From Elusimicrobiota bacterium (GTDB lineage Bacteria > Elusimicrobiota > Elusimicrobia > UBA1565 > UBA9628): 64,000 bases of DNA. The notes beneath the pieces are model-generated. The model made no database searches, had not been told where the DNA came from, and was given only the letters and a program-made list of their open reading frames with translations. Each line of letters begins with the position of its first letter. The stretch's first letter is position 1. The position numbers were made by a program, and so were the translations under genes. The stretch is taken from NCBI GenBank assembly GCA_016218545.1, contig JACRDQ010000020.1, positions 34,455 through 98,454 of the forward strand, in the 5' to 3' direction. This document shows positions 9,180-17,848 of this stretch, one piece after another.

Positions 9180-10302
9180 CCGGGAGGTGCAGGTCTCCCT
9201 TGCGGTCGAGCCTGCCCTGGAGCCCTGTCCGGCGCCATCGTCGTCGAGGATCGAGGCGGACAGAGCCTCCGGTAGGGACTCGGCCCGTCATGACCGCCTT
9301 GCTCCGGACCGCGACCTCGCCTGAGCGTCCGGGAGGCTTGGCCCGGCCCCTGGAGTCGAGGATGCGGACGTCGCACCCATGCAAGGGCCTGCCCACGCAG
9401 CCGGGAGGCCGCGCTCCCAAGCGGGCTTGAGTGGAGGAGACGGGTCCGGACTCCGCTGCGCTCAAGAGCGCTACCACCGGGACCCCCGAAGAGGACTCGA
9501 ACGCCCTGGCCTCCCGCTCAGGGAACGGCCCGCCGGAACATCGGACCCAGCGGACCCCCTCAGGGAAGGCCGGGCTCCCGGAGCCCATGGTCTTGCGGAG
9601 GAGGAGGGTCAGCATGCTCGCCGGCAGGTCCAGGGCCCTGACCCGGAGCCTCTCGAGCGCGGGCCCGGCCGAGGTCTTGAGGAGGGACGCTCCCCCGAGC
9701 ACGAGGCTCCCTCCCCTCAGCAGGGCGCAGACAGCGTCCAGGAGCGCCGGGTATGCGCGGCCTGGCCAGAGGCACCACTCAGCCCCGGCGCCGAGAGGCT
9801 TGAAGCGTTCTGCCAAGGCTTCGGCTCCCGCCAGGAGCGAGCTCTGCGTGTGCACGGCGCTCCTGCCTTCGCCCAGGAAGGAGACCAGGGGGTCCTCGGC
9901 CCGCGCCGGCGCAGTCGGGCCGGGAGAGCGTGTGCCTGGGACCCGCAGCATGGCCCGGACGTCCCGACTCCTCACGACCAGCCTGGGCCTAAAGACCTTG
10001 AGACCGGCCGAGACCCGCGGCTCCGGCAGGCCCGGGTCGAGGAAGGAAGCGCAGGCTCCGAGCCTGGCGCAAGCCAGAAGGCTCACGACGACCTGCAGGT
10101 CATCCTCGAGGACGAAGGCCACGCGGGCCCCGCGCCCCGCGCCCTGCGCCTCGAGCCCGGCGGCGGCGCGCTCAGCCGCGGCGCAGGCCTCCTGGTAGGT
10201 GCAGACCGAGCCTGTCGAAGCGTGGATCAGGTAGGGCTGGGAACCCTTGCTCCGTGCCCCGCGGAGCAGGAGGCCCGACAAGGTGTCCTGCCTCTTACCC
10301 AC
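9172..10302 (-). CDS. Adenylate-forming (AMP-binding) enzyme-like protein. Short, with a degenerate phosphate-binding loop and no C-terminal subdomain.
   Basis: N-terminal region matches the AMP-binding fold (TYQEACAAAERAAAGL...RVAFVLED...LACARLGA). A8-like GEVAVRSKAVMTG and W-x-x-TGL motifs are present, but the ORF stops soon after. Start overlaps the upstream radical-SAM stop by 8 nt, which indicates coupling. Confidence 0.5.
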   Translation of the reverse strand: MGKRQDTLSGLLLRGARSKGSQPYLIHASTGSVCTYQEACAAAERAAAGLEAQGAGRGARVAFVLEDDLQVVVSLLACARLGACASFLDPGLPEPRVSAGLKVFRPRLVVRSRDVRAMLRVPGTRSPGPTAPARAEDPLVSFLGEGRSAVHTQSSLLAGAEALAERFKPLGAGAEWCLWPGRAYPALLDAVCALLRGGSLVLGGASLLKTSAGPALERLRVRALDLPASMLTLLLRKTMGSGSPAFPEGVRWVRCSGGPFPEREARAFESSSGVPVVALLSAAESGPVSSTQARLGARPPGCVGRPLHGCDVRILDSRGRAKPPGRSGEVAVRSKAVMTGRVPTGGSVRLDPRRRWRRTGLQGRLDRKGDLHLPAT

Positions 10303-11851
10303 GGCTTCCTTGTCCGACAGGCAGACCCAGAGCCGGCCGCACGCCGCGGAACAGCCGCTCGCTCTCCCCTGGCTTGAGGAGGTCCGCCGCGTCCAGGGTG
10401 AGGAAATGGCGGTCCCGCGGAGGACGCGCCCGGAAGCGGAGCCAGGCGAGGTCCAGCGCCTTGGAGGCTCCCGGGTCGAGCCGGGACACGAGGTCCGAGA
10501 AGACGGAGGTCACGGACCCGCGGCCTTGAGCGGCGAGCTCCCGCATCCTGGCCCCGGTCTCTCCGTGGTTGACGAGCAGGTAGACCTGCAGGGTCAGGCG
10601 CTGGAGAGCTTCGAGCTCCCTGCCGGGCAGGGTGCTCGTGGCCAGGACGAAATAGGGGGGCCGGGCCATCTTCTCCGTCACCTCGGGCTGTCCCGCCAGG
10701 CGAGAGCCCGGCAGGGCCTGGCAGGCGAACACGAGCAAGCGGACACTGGGCACGGCCAGCACCGCGTCGAGGCCCTTCAGATAGCTCTGCCGGGTCTCGC
10801 CCGGAAGCCCGCAGATGAGGTTCAGGAGGATTTCGGCCTTGGGCCGCCTGCCTGCCAGGCCGGCCAAGGCGGCATCAAGGGCTTTGCGGACAGGGCCGCG
10901 GCCCGCCAGGCGCAAGGCCCGGGAAGACAGGGATTCCACGCCCACGGTCAGCTCGAAGCAGGGGTGGTCGAAGACGTCTAGCACCGCAGGGGTCAGGCGG
11001 CGCAAGCCCGCCTCGAGGACCCACCTGGGCCCGCCTTCGACCCGACAAGAGCGCATGAAGCGGCCCAAGCGCAAGGCCCTGGGAGTGTCCAGGAAGAAGT
11101 CCGAATCGGCAAGGAAGACCCGCTCCAAGGACATGCGGGAAGCCAGCCTGATCTCGCGCCTGACCCTCGTCTCCGGGAACCAGCTCACCTGCCTGCGGCT
11201 GGCCCACGCGCAGTAGCTGCACTTCATGGGACAGCCTCGCGCGTTCTCGATGGCCGCCGACGTGCCCGGCTCAGGGACCCCCTGGAACACGGCCTCGCTC
11301 CAGGCTGAGGGAAGGCTCCCGAGGCGTTCGACGAAGACCCCCGCGGGCCCCTGGCAGGGCCTGCCGTCCCGGAGCGTCACCGTGCCCGGCGTGCCGGCCC
11401 AAGCCTCGCCCGTGAGGCTGCGGCCCAGGAGTTCGACCCAGGCTGACTCGCCCTCGCCGAAGACCAGGGCATCGGCCCCCGCGCGCAGGAAGAGGTCCTC
11501 CCTGCCCGCTGCGACCTCAGGTCCGCCCACCGCGACCCGGACCGAGGCCAGGCGCTTCTTGAGGCCGGCGACCAGGGCCAGGACCGGCTCGGTGTTCCAG
11601 ACATAGCAGGACAGGCCCACGACCCGCGGCCCGTAGGCCGCGACCTCCTTGAGCACGCGGCCGGGGAAGCCCTCGGAGGTCCCGGGCTGGCAGCGGAAGG
11701 TCCGGCACTCGAGCCTGCGGCCGAAGGTCCGGCTGGTCAAGGCCTGCAAGCCTCCCACGGCAAGAGGAAGGTAGCGGCCCTCCGCGGTCGCGTCGGAAAC
11801 GCTGATCAAGGCCGCCCTGGGAGGGCGCGCTCGGCTCATCGGAGCTATCAT
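10295..11851 (-). CDS. B12-binding-domain radical-SAM protein.
   Basis: N-terminal B12-binding-like region (VGLSCYVWNTEPV...VAVGGPEV), canonical GCPMKCSYC motif and a downstream GLPGET motif. 518 aa. Confidence 0.7.
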   Translation of the reverse strand: MIAPMSRARPPRAALISVSDATAEGRYLPLAVGGLQALTSRTFGRRLECRTFRCQPGTSEGFPGRVLKEVAAYGPRVVGLSCYVWNTEPVLALVAGLKKRLASVRVAVGGPEVAAGREDLFLRAGADALVFGEGESAWVELLGRSLTGEAWAGTPGTVTLRDGRPCQGPAGVFVERLGSLPSAWSEAVFQGVPEPGTSAAIENARGCPMKCSYCAWASRRQVSWFPETRVRREIRLASRMSLERVFLADSDFFLDTPRALRLGRFMRSCRVEGGPRWVLEAGLRRLTPAVLDVFDHPCFELTVGVESLSSRALRLAGRGPVRKALDAALAGLAGRRPKAEILLNLICGLPGETRQSYLKGLDAVLAVPSVRLLVFACQALPGSRLAGQPEVTEKMARPPYFVLATSTLPGRELEALQRLTLQVYLLVNHGETGARMRELAAQGRGSVTSVFSDLVSRLDPGASKALDLAWLRFRARPPRDRHFLTLDAADLLKPGESERLFRGVRPALGLPVGQGSRG

Positions 11852-11868
11852 ACAATAAGGACGCGTCC

Positions 11869-11897
11869 TTGACGCCCCTGGGACAAAGACTTATACT
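11869..11897 (+). promoter_or_regulatory. Sigma70-like promoter (TTGACG-17 nt-TATACT) for the B12 radical-SAM gene at 11909. Near-leaderless.
   Basis: Hexamers at 11869-11874 and 11892-11897 with a 17-nt spacer. The ATG lies about 5 nt after the predicted TSS. A GGACGCGTCC palindrome abuts the -35. Confidence 0.4.
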
Positions 11898-11908
11898 GGG
11901 CGCATTCC

Positions 11909-13516
11909 ATGCGGCGCCTCGACTGCGTCCTGTTCTTCCCCCCTCCAGGCGCCCAGTTCCAGGTCCCTGAGATCGGCCTCCCCCAGCTGACCTCATTCCT
12001 AAGAACGCAGGGAGCCGCGTGCGAAGCCGTGGACCTCAATCGGACCTTCATGGAGGACTACCTCTTCGGCCGGCAGGACCAGGTCCGGGAGCGCGTGGCC
12101 CGCAGGCTCGGCCGGGCCAAGGGCCGCCCGCTCCTGAAGGTCCTCGACGCCGAGGATTTCCTCTCCCTGGATTTCTCCAAGACGGCCAACCACTCCTACA
12201 GCTTCATCGCCGACGACGCGGCCGAGCTCTGGAACGAGCTCCTGGCGGTCAACGCGGACCGCTACGACATCGCGGACGTCGTCCGGAGCGCGAAGCGCGG
12301 CGACGCCCTTTTCGACCCTTTCTACCGGGAGCATGTCCGGCCTTGGGCCCGGCGGACCGGGCTCGTGGGGTTCTCGGTCGAGACCAGCCACCAGCTCGCC
12401 TCGGCCCTCCACTTCTCCAAGAGGATCAAGGCGGACCGGCCCGGGACCAAGGTCGTGCTCGGCGGGACCTGGTTCATCTGCACGCGCCCTTTCCTGAAGC
12501 CCTTCAGCGCCGTCTTCGACTTCGCGGACTTCGTGGTGCCGGTCGAGGGCGAGCGGCCCCTGCTGGACCTCATCAGGCTCCTGCGCAAGACGCCCTCCCC
12601 CGCAGACGCGGAGCTGCGGCGGGTGGCCGGGCTCGTCCTGCGCTCAGGAGACCGGCTCGTAGACACCGGCGACCCGAAGCCCGTGCCCATGGCCAGCCTG
12701 TCCGCGGGGGATTTCGCGCACTTCAAGCCCGGCCGCTTCATCGGGAGCCAATACCCCGTGCTCAGCACCAAGGGCTGCTACTGGAACCGCTGCCGGTTCT
12801 GCTTCCACTCCTACGCCGGCGTGGAGACGCGCTCCAAGACGGCCGGGCAAGTCCTCAGGGAGATGAAGCAGGTCGTGTCCCGCTACCGGCCCAAGGAGAT
12901 CGAGCTCGCGGACTCCGCTGTCCCGCTCTCCCTGCTCAAGAGCCTCCCCGCAGGGATGCGGCGGCAGGGACTGAAGGTGCCTTGGACGGCTCTCGTGCGC
13001 GCGGACGAAGGCCTCACCCGGCAGGACCTTGGACGCCTCAAGGCCTCGGGCTGCCTGAACCTGGGCATCGGGCTGGAGTCCGCGGACCCCGCGGTCCTGC
13101 GCCGCTCCGACAAGGGCATCCGCTTGGAGGTCCTGGACCGGCTCCTCGACGAGGCCTCCCAGGTCGGGCTGAGGGTTTCCCTCTTCCTGATCTACTTCCC
13201 CTTCGAGGATCGGCGCTCCTACGAACGCAGCTGGCGGTACGTGCTGGACCGGCGGGACAAGATCGCGGATGTCTCGGCCCAATACCTTTTCCTGGGCAGG
13301 AACAGCCGCCTCTTCGCTGAGCCGGGCCGGTGGGGCTTGAGGCTCGCCAAGGGCTTCGAGCAGGACACCCGCTCGTTCTGGCTCCCCTACTCCTGCCGCG
13401 GAGCCCTGTCCAAGGCCGAGTTCTACGCCTTGACCTCCGAGAAGTTCCGCCTGTTCTACGAGCGGTCTGAGCGCGGGCTCGCGCTCAGCTCGGCTCCCGC
13501 CGCAGCTTGTCCTTGA
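11909..13516 (+). CDS. B12-binding-domain radical-SAM protein with variant CX4CX2C motif.
   Basis: 535-aa ORF. Motif KGCYWNRCRFC. N-terminal Rossmann-like region (KVVLGGTWF). Diverges from the previous radical-SAM gene across a 57-bp spacer carrying a sigma70-like promoter. Confidence 0.65.
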   Translation: MRRLDCVLFFPPPGAQFQVPEIGLPQLTSFLRTQGAACEAVDLNRTFMEDYLFGRQDQVRERVARRLGRAKGRPLLKVLDAEDFLSLDFSKTANHSYSFIADDAAELWNELLAVNADRYDIADVVRSAKRGDALFDPFYREHVRPWARRTGLVGFSVETSHQLASALHFSKRIKADRPGTKVVLGGTWFICTRPFLKPFSAVFDFADFVVPVEGERPLLDLIRLLRKTPSPADAELRRVAGLVLRSGDRLVDTGDPKPVPMASLSAGDFAHFKPGRFIGSQYPVLSTKGCYWNRCRFCFHSYAGVETRSKTAGQVLREMKQVVSRYRPKEIELADSAVPLSLLKSLPAGMRRQGLKVPWTALVRADEGLTRQDLGRLKASGCLNLGIGLESADPAVLRRSDKGIRLEVLDRLLDEASQVGLRVSLFLIYFPFEDRRSYERSWRYVLDRRDKIADVSAQYLFLGRNSRLFAEPGRWGLRLAKGFEQDTRSFWLPYSCRGALSKAEFYALTSEKFRLFYERSERGLALSSAPAAACP

Positions 13517-14705
13517 GGACTTCCAGGTCCACGCCGTCGGAAAGCTCCGGATGGCTCAGCGCCCATCGATGGAACGACGCCGTGCCATCGGCCTTCTCAG
13601 GGCTATGGGACCAGCGGTCGAGGAGCGCCTGCTCTTCCTTGGTGATGGCCCACCATGCCGCGGGCCGCAGGCCCTCGGTCGGCCAGGCAGCAGGAGGCGG
13701 CACGGGCGGCAGGTCCCAGACCTCCTCTCCCTCCACGCGGGGCAGCGGCTCGACCGGAGAGCCCGGAGCGGGACGCGCGATCAGGGGAAGAGACGAGCCC
13801 TTGCCCGGGATGGCGGACGCGCTGAAAGACGGGGCGCCGTGCTGGGGCGTGGCCTTGAAAAGGGAGGAACGGGGCTCCGGTATCTGCCGCTCCGGCTGGC
13901 TGATGACCACTGCCTTGTCCTGGTCCAGGCTGGGGACCTCGACGCTGGACTCGGGAGGCCCGCCGGACAAGGAGCGGCGCCTGGACGCGATCCCGAAACC
14001 CAGAGCGACAGCAAAGCCCGTGGCAGCGAAGGCCAGCACGAAGAAGCCGGCATCAGGGCCCTGGCCGCTCTCCAGCGGCCCGCCGGCAGGCCGGTCAGCC
14101 AGGCTGGGAGTGGAGGCCTGCCCAGGCGAGAGCCGGCCCGGCTTGGCGAGCTGCGTGCCGAAGTCTCCGCCGCGGCCTTTTCCTTGGCCGACGCCTGAGC
14201 CCAGACGCAGGGCCAGTTCAGCGGGCAGGGATTGCGAGCCCTCCACGAAACGCTTGAACTCGTCCGGAGAGGCCGCGGCCCGCGACACGTCCTGGATGCC
14301 CGACATCCTGGGGTCGAGCTCGATGCGCGAGCCCAGGAGCCGCACCAGGGCTTCCCGGTCGGCAGAGGACTGCTCGAGCGCTGCCGTGCCGGGACCGCCG
14401 AGCCCGCCGTCCTGGAGCTGTTTGGACAGGGACCCTCCTTGGCGGATGCGCTCCAGACGCTCGTCAGCGGACAGGAGCGACCAGCTGGCCTCGGTCTCGA
14501 ACTTGGTCCCGAGGTCGGCGGGGACTCGGCCTTCAGCGCTCAGCCTGGCCAGCCAGCGCTGGAGGTCGAAATAGTCCCGGTGCTGGGGATTGTCCCACCG
14601 CATGGGGTCCGGGGCCGACAACGCCTCAGGGGCAGCGGAAACGGGGAGCGCCGCTGTCAGCGACGACAGCGCGGCCGCCAGGAGCATCGGGAATAGGGGA
14701 CCCAT
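13485..14705 (-). CDS. Hypothetical secreted or membrane protein with signal peptide and one internal TM helix.
   Basis: N-terminal MGPLFPMLLAAALSSLTAALPVSA signal-like segment and an internal hydrophobic helix AGFFVLAFAATGFAVALGFGIA. Competing plus-strand ORFs are Ser/Arg-rich artefacts. Confidence 0.45.
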   Translation of the reverse strand: MGPLFPMLLAAALSSLTAALPVSAAPEALSAPDPMRWDNPQHRDYFDLQRWLARLSAEGRVPADLGTKFETEASWSLLSADERLERIRQGGSLSKQLQDGGLGGPGTAALEQSSADREALVRLLGSRIELDPRMSGIQDVSRAAASPDEFKRFVEGSQSLPAELALRLGSGVGQGKGRGGDFGTQLAKPGRLSPGQASTPSLADRPAGGPLESGQGPDAGFFVLAFAATGFAVALGFGIASRRRSLSGGPPESSVEVPSLDQDKAVVISQPERQIPEPRSSLFKATPQHGAPSFSASAIPGKGSSLPLIARPAPGSPVEPLPRVEGEEVWDLPPVPPPAAWPTEGLRPAAWWAITKEEQALLDRWSHSPEKADGTASFHRWALSHPELSDGVDLEVLKDKLRREPS

Positions 14706-14783
14706 GGCAACGGCCTTCGTTCATCTGAAGTGTAGACCCGGAACCGGTCATTGTCAAGTCTTTTATATAATAACTCCATCAAG

Positions 14784-16163
14784 ATGAAACCCATCTCGAT
14801 CTCTACCGAGCCCGCGACCTTCCGGAGCCTCCGGACCCTGGCCCCGAGCGCGCGCTCAAGCCTCATCCGCAGGATCGAGGACGCGGCCACGAAACGCGCG
14901 TTCCATTACAAGGGCAGGCACGCGCATCCCATGGGCTTGGCGCCCATGGTCTCCACCAAGGGCCTGGTCCGGACCATCACGGCCCTGGTCCGCATCCTCC
15001 ATCGTTTCCAGACAAGGGCTCCGGACCTGCGGCTGGGGGACGTCCAGGGCTTCAGGGAGCTCATCCGTCTCGAGAAAGGCACCCGCCGGTGGTTCGACGC
15101 CACGGCCAGGCTCGTGCCCAAGCCCTGGCCCCTGCTCATGAGGCCGGACTTCTGCCTGGGGGAGCGGGCCGGGGTCCTGCGGCCCGTGCTCTTCGAGCTC
15201 AACTCCCTCATGCTGGGCGGGCTCTACATCCAGTCCGTGGCGCGCAGTCTCATGACCAAGGAGGTCCTGCCCGCGGTCGCGGGCAGCCGGCCCAAGCCGG
15301 GCTTCAAGCCCACCACGGACCTCATCGCCTACTTCATGCGCTGGATGCGGGACTGCCGCGCCAGGCACGGCCGCGGGCCCGGCGGGCTCGCCCTGCTGGA
15401 GAGCCTGCCCCCGGGCGGAGGCTTCAGCGAGCTGCCCCGAATCGCCCACGACATGGCGGCCGAGGGCTGGCGGGTGGAGCATGGGGACCCCAAGGAGCTC
15501 GAGCTCCGCAAGGGCCGGGTCCGGCTCCACGGCATGCCCGTGGCCTATGCCTACCGCGACTTCTCCTTCGAGGACGTGAGCGGCCCGGCGAGCCCGAGCA
15601 TGGCGGGCTTCGCCGCCCTTTGGGCCGCGGGCAGGGTGGCTCCGGGATTCGCGGCCGACTTCGACCAGAAAGGCATCCTGGAGTGCTTCACCTCGGAGGA
15701 CTTCGCCCCGCTCTTCACCGCGCAGGAGCGCCGCTTGCTGGCCCGGCACGTGCCGTGGACCAGGGTGCTGACCGAGCGCAGGACCCTCTCGCCGGAGGGC
15801 CGGAGCGTGGATCTGCCGGCGTACGTGCTGCGGCGCCAGGCTGAGCTGGTCCTCAAGCCTTCCTGGGGCGCCGGAGGCGAGGGCATCCTCATCGGCCGGC
15901 ACACCCCGGCGTCCGAGTGGCGCTCGGCCGTGTCCCGAGCCCTCAAGGACCCCGGCTCCTTCGCGGTCCAGGCCTATGTTGACAATCCCCCGATCGCGTG
16001 CGCCTTCCTCAGGGACGGCAGGATGCGGTTCGAGGAGTGCCGCCAGACCCTCGGGACCTTCTTCGACGGCTCCAGGTTCGGCTTCCATCTCCGGGTAAGC
16101 CCCGGCCACATCGTCAATGTCGCGCAGGGAGGGGCACTGGCCCCCCTCTACATCCCCAGATGA
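14784..16163 (+). CDS. ATP-grasp superfamily protein, glutathionylspermidine-synthase or circularly-permuted ATP-grasp-like.
   Basis: VLKPSWGAGGEGILIG motif, typical of the ATP-grasp nucleotide-binding loop. ATG at 14784 follows an AT-rich TATAAT-containing region. The track's TTG start at 14751 is probably an artefact. Confidence 0.5.
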   Translation: MKPISISTEPATFRSLRTLAPSARSSLIRRIEDAATKRAFHYKGRHAHPMGLAPMVSTKGLVRTITALVRILHRFQTRAPDLRLGDVQGFRELIRLEKGTRRWFDATARLVPKPWPLLMRPDFCLGERAGVLRPVLFELNSLMLGGLYIQSVARSLMTKEVLPAVAGSRPKPGFKPTTDLIAYFMRWMRDCRARHGRGPGGLALLESLPPGGGFSELPRIAHDMAAEGWRVEHGDPKELELRKGRVRLHGMPVAYAYRDFSFEDVSGPASPSMAGFAALWAAGRVAPGFAADFDQKGILECFTSEDFAPLFTAQERRLLARHVPWTRVLTERRTLSPEGRSVDLPAYVLRRQAELVLKPSWGAGGEGILIGRHTPASEWRSAVSRALKDPGSFAVQAYVDNPPIACAFLRDGRMRFEECRQTLGTFFDGSRFGFHLRVSPGHIVNVAQGGALAPLYIPR

Positions 16164-17803
16164 CCAGCGGAGGCAGCATGCCCGAAGGCCCGAGACTCGA
16201 AGTCGCCAACCTCTGGGGGTCCCCCCGCGAGCGCGGCCGACAGATGGGAGAGCTCTTCGGACACCGCGTGCGCGAGAGCGGCATCGTGGACTTCTACCAC
16301 GACTACTGCAGCCGGCACATGCCCCGGCACCCGGTCGTGGCCGGGCTGGGCACCAGGCTCATGCTCTCCCTGGTCGCTCTGCGCTTCTCAGCCAGCGCCA
16401 AGGCCCTCATCCAGGGCTTCTGCGAGACCTCCGGCCTCGACCCGGGACGGGTCAGCCGCGGCTTCGTCATGCCCGACGTCCTCAACTTCCTCGTGGGCTT
16501 CTCCGGCCGGCTCGCCGGCCTGCCGACTTTGGGCTGCACCTCTGCCGCGGCCTGGGGCGACTACACCCGGGGCGGGAAGTACCTCTTCGCCCGCAACCTC
16601 GATTTCCCGGGCATGGGCTACTTCGACCGCTTCCCGGTGGTCTGCCGCCACAAGCCGGACCACGGCATCCCCTACGTGTCCGTGGGCACGGCCGGCCTCG
16701 TGGTGGACGGCATCACGGGCGTCAATGCCGAGGGCCTCATCGTGGCCCTGCACCAGCACATCTCGCGGGACGTCTCCATCCTGACCGGAGGCCGGCCCAT
16801 CCTCGACCTCGGCCGCCAGGTCCTGGAGGGCTGCGGGAACCTCCGCGATGCGGTGGACATGGTCTCGCGCTGGCGCACCACCAGCTGTTGGACCGTGATC
16901 CTCGGCAGCAGCAAGGAGCGCAAGGCCTGCGCGGTGGAGCGCTCCCCCGGCGCCTGCTGCCCGGTCTGGTCCGACACGGGCAAGCTCGGCCGGGCCAACG
17001 ACTTCGTCACCCCGCGCCTCCACGCCGGCGAGATCGACTACCGCCCCTGGCGCGAGTCCAGCCGCCTGCGGATCGGGCGGGTCGACGACCTGCTGGAGTC
17101 CCGAAAGGGGAGCCTTGAGCCCGCGTTCATGGCGTCGCTCCTCTCCGACCGCTACGACTCCGAGCGGGGCACCTTCAGGTCCTTCGCCCAGTCCATCGGC
17201 CAGGTCCACAACATGACCAGCGTGGTCTTCGAGCCCGACGAGGGCCGCCTCTGGGTCTCCGAGAGCCGCGCTCCGGCGCACCAGGGCCCCTACCGCCGTC
17301 TCAACCTCTGGGACGAGAGCCCGCTGGGAGAGCCGCTCGCCGGCGTGGTCGAAGGCCTGCCCCAGCCGAGGCGCGCGTCGCTGGCGACCTACGTGCGGTC
17401 CATCATGGATTGGCAGGCTCGCCGCAGCCCCTCCGAGATGCTTGAGGACCTCCACGAGGCCATGGAGGGGGACCCCGAGGAGCCCGTGTACCGCTACCTC
17501 CACGGCTTCTTCGCCATGAAGGCCGGCCTCTACGAGACCGCGGTGGAGGATTTCGCGGCCGGGTCGGCCATGAAGGACATCCCCCAGCGCCAGTCCGCCC
17601 AGAAGCTCTGGCACGCCAGGGCCCTGGACCTCCTCGAGCGCAGGCCCGAGGCCGTCGAGCGCTACAGCGAGCTCTGCAGGGCCTCGGACCTCTGGCCCGT
17701 GCTGCGCCGCGCCGCGCTCCACGGGGTCTCGCGCTCCTTCACCAAGCGCAGCCTGGCCCGCTGCTCGCCCGACTTCTTCTACGGCGACGTCTTCCCGTAC
17801 TGA
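16160..17803 (+). CDS. Peptidase C45 family Ntn-hydrolase, acyl-CoA:6-aminopenicillanic-acid acyltransferase-like.
   Basis: PTLGCTSAAAWGDYTRGGKYLFARNLDFP matches the C45 Gly-Cys autoproteolytic site and oxyanion region. The ATG at 16160 overlaps the upstream TGA as ATGA, which indicates translational coupling. Confidence 0.55.
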   Translation: MTSGGSMPEGPRLEVANLWGSPRERGRQMGELFGHRVRESGIVDFYHDYCSRHMPRHPVVAGLGTRLMLSLVALRFSASAKALIQGFCETSGLDPGRVSRGFVMPDVLNFLVGFSGRLAGLPTLGCTSAAAWGDYTRGGKYLFARNLDFPGMGYFDRFPVVCRHKPDHGIPYVSVGTAGLVVDGITGVNAEGLIVALHQHISRDVSILTGGRPILDLGRQVLEGCGNLRDAVDMVSRWRTTSCWTVILGSSKERKACAVERSPGACCPVWSDTGKLGRANDFVTPRLHAGEIDYRPWRESSRLRIGRVDDLLESRKGSLEPAFMASLLSDRYDSERGTFRSFAQSIGQVHNMTSVVFEPDEGRLWVSESRAPAHQGPYRRLNLWDESPLGEPLAGVVEGLPQPRRASLATYVRSIMDWQARRSPSEMLEDLHEAMEGDPEEPVYRYLHGFFAMKAGLYETAVEDFAAGSAMKDIPQRQSAQKLWHARALDLLERRPEAVERYSELCRASDLWPVLRRAALHGVSRSFTKRSLARCSPDFFYGDVFPY

Positions 17804-17807
17804 AATT

Positions 17808-17817
17808 GCTATAATCT
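17808..17817 (+). promoter_or_regulatory. -10 box TATAAT (TGCTATAATCTCC) for ahcY.
   Basis: AT-rich box in the 46-bp spacer. The same TATAATCTCC string recurs upstream of the gene at 56455. Confidence 0.4.
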
Positions 17818-17848
17818 CCGTCTGAGAAGGAACCTCGGAGGTATAAGG

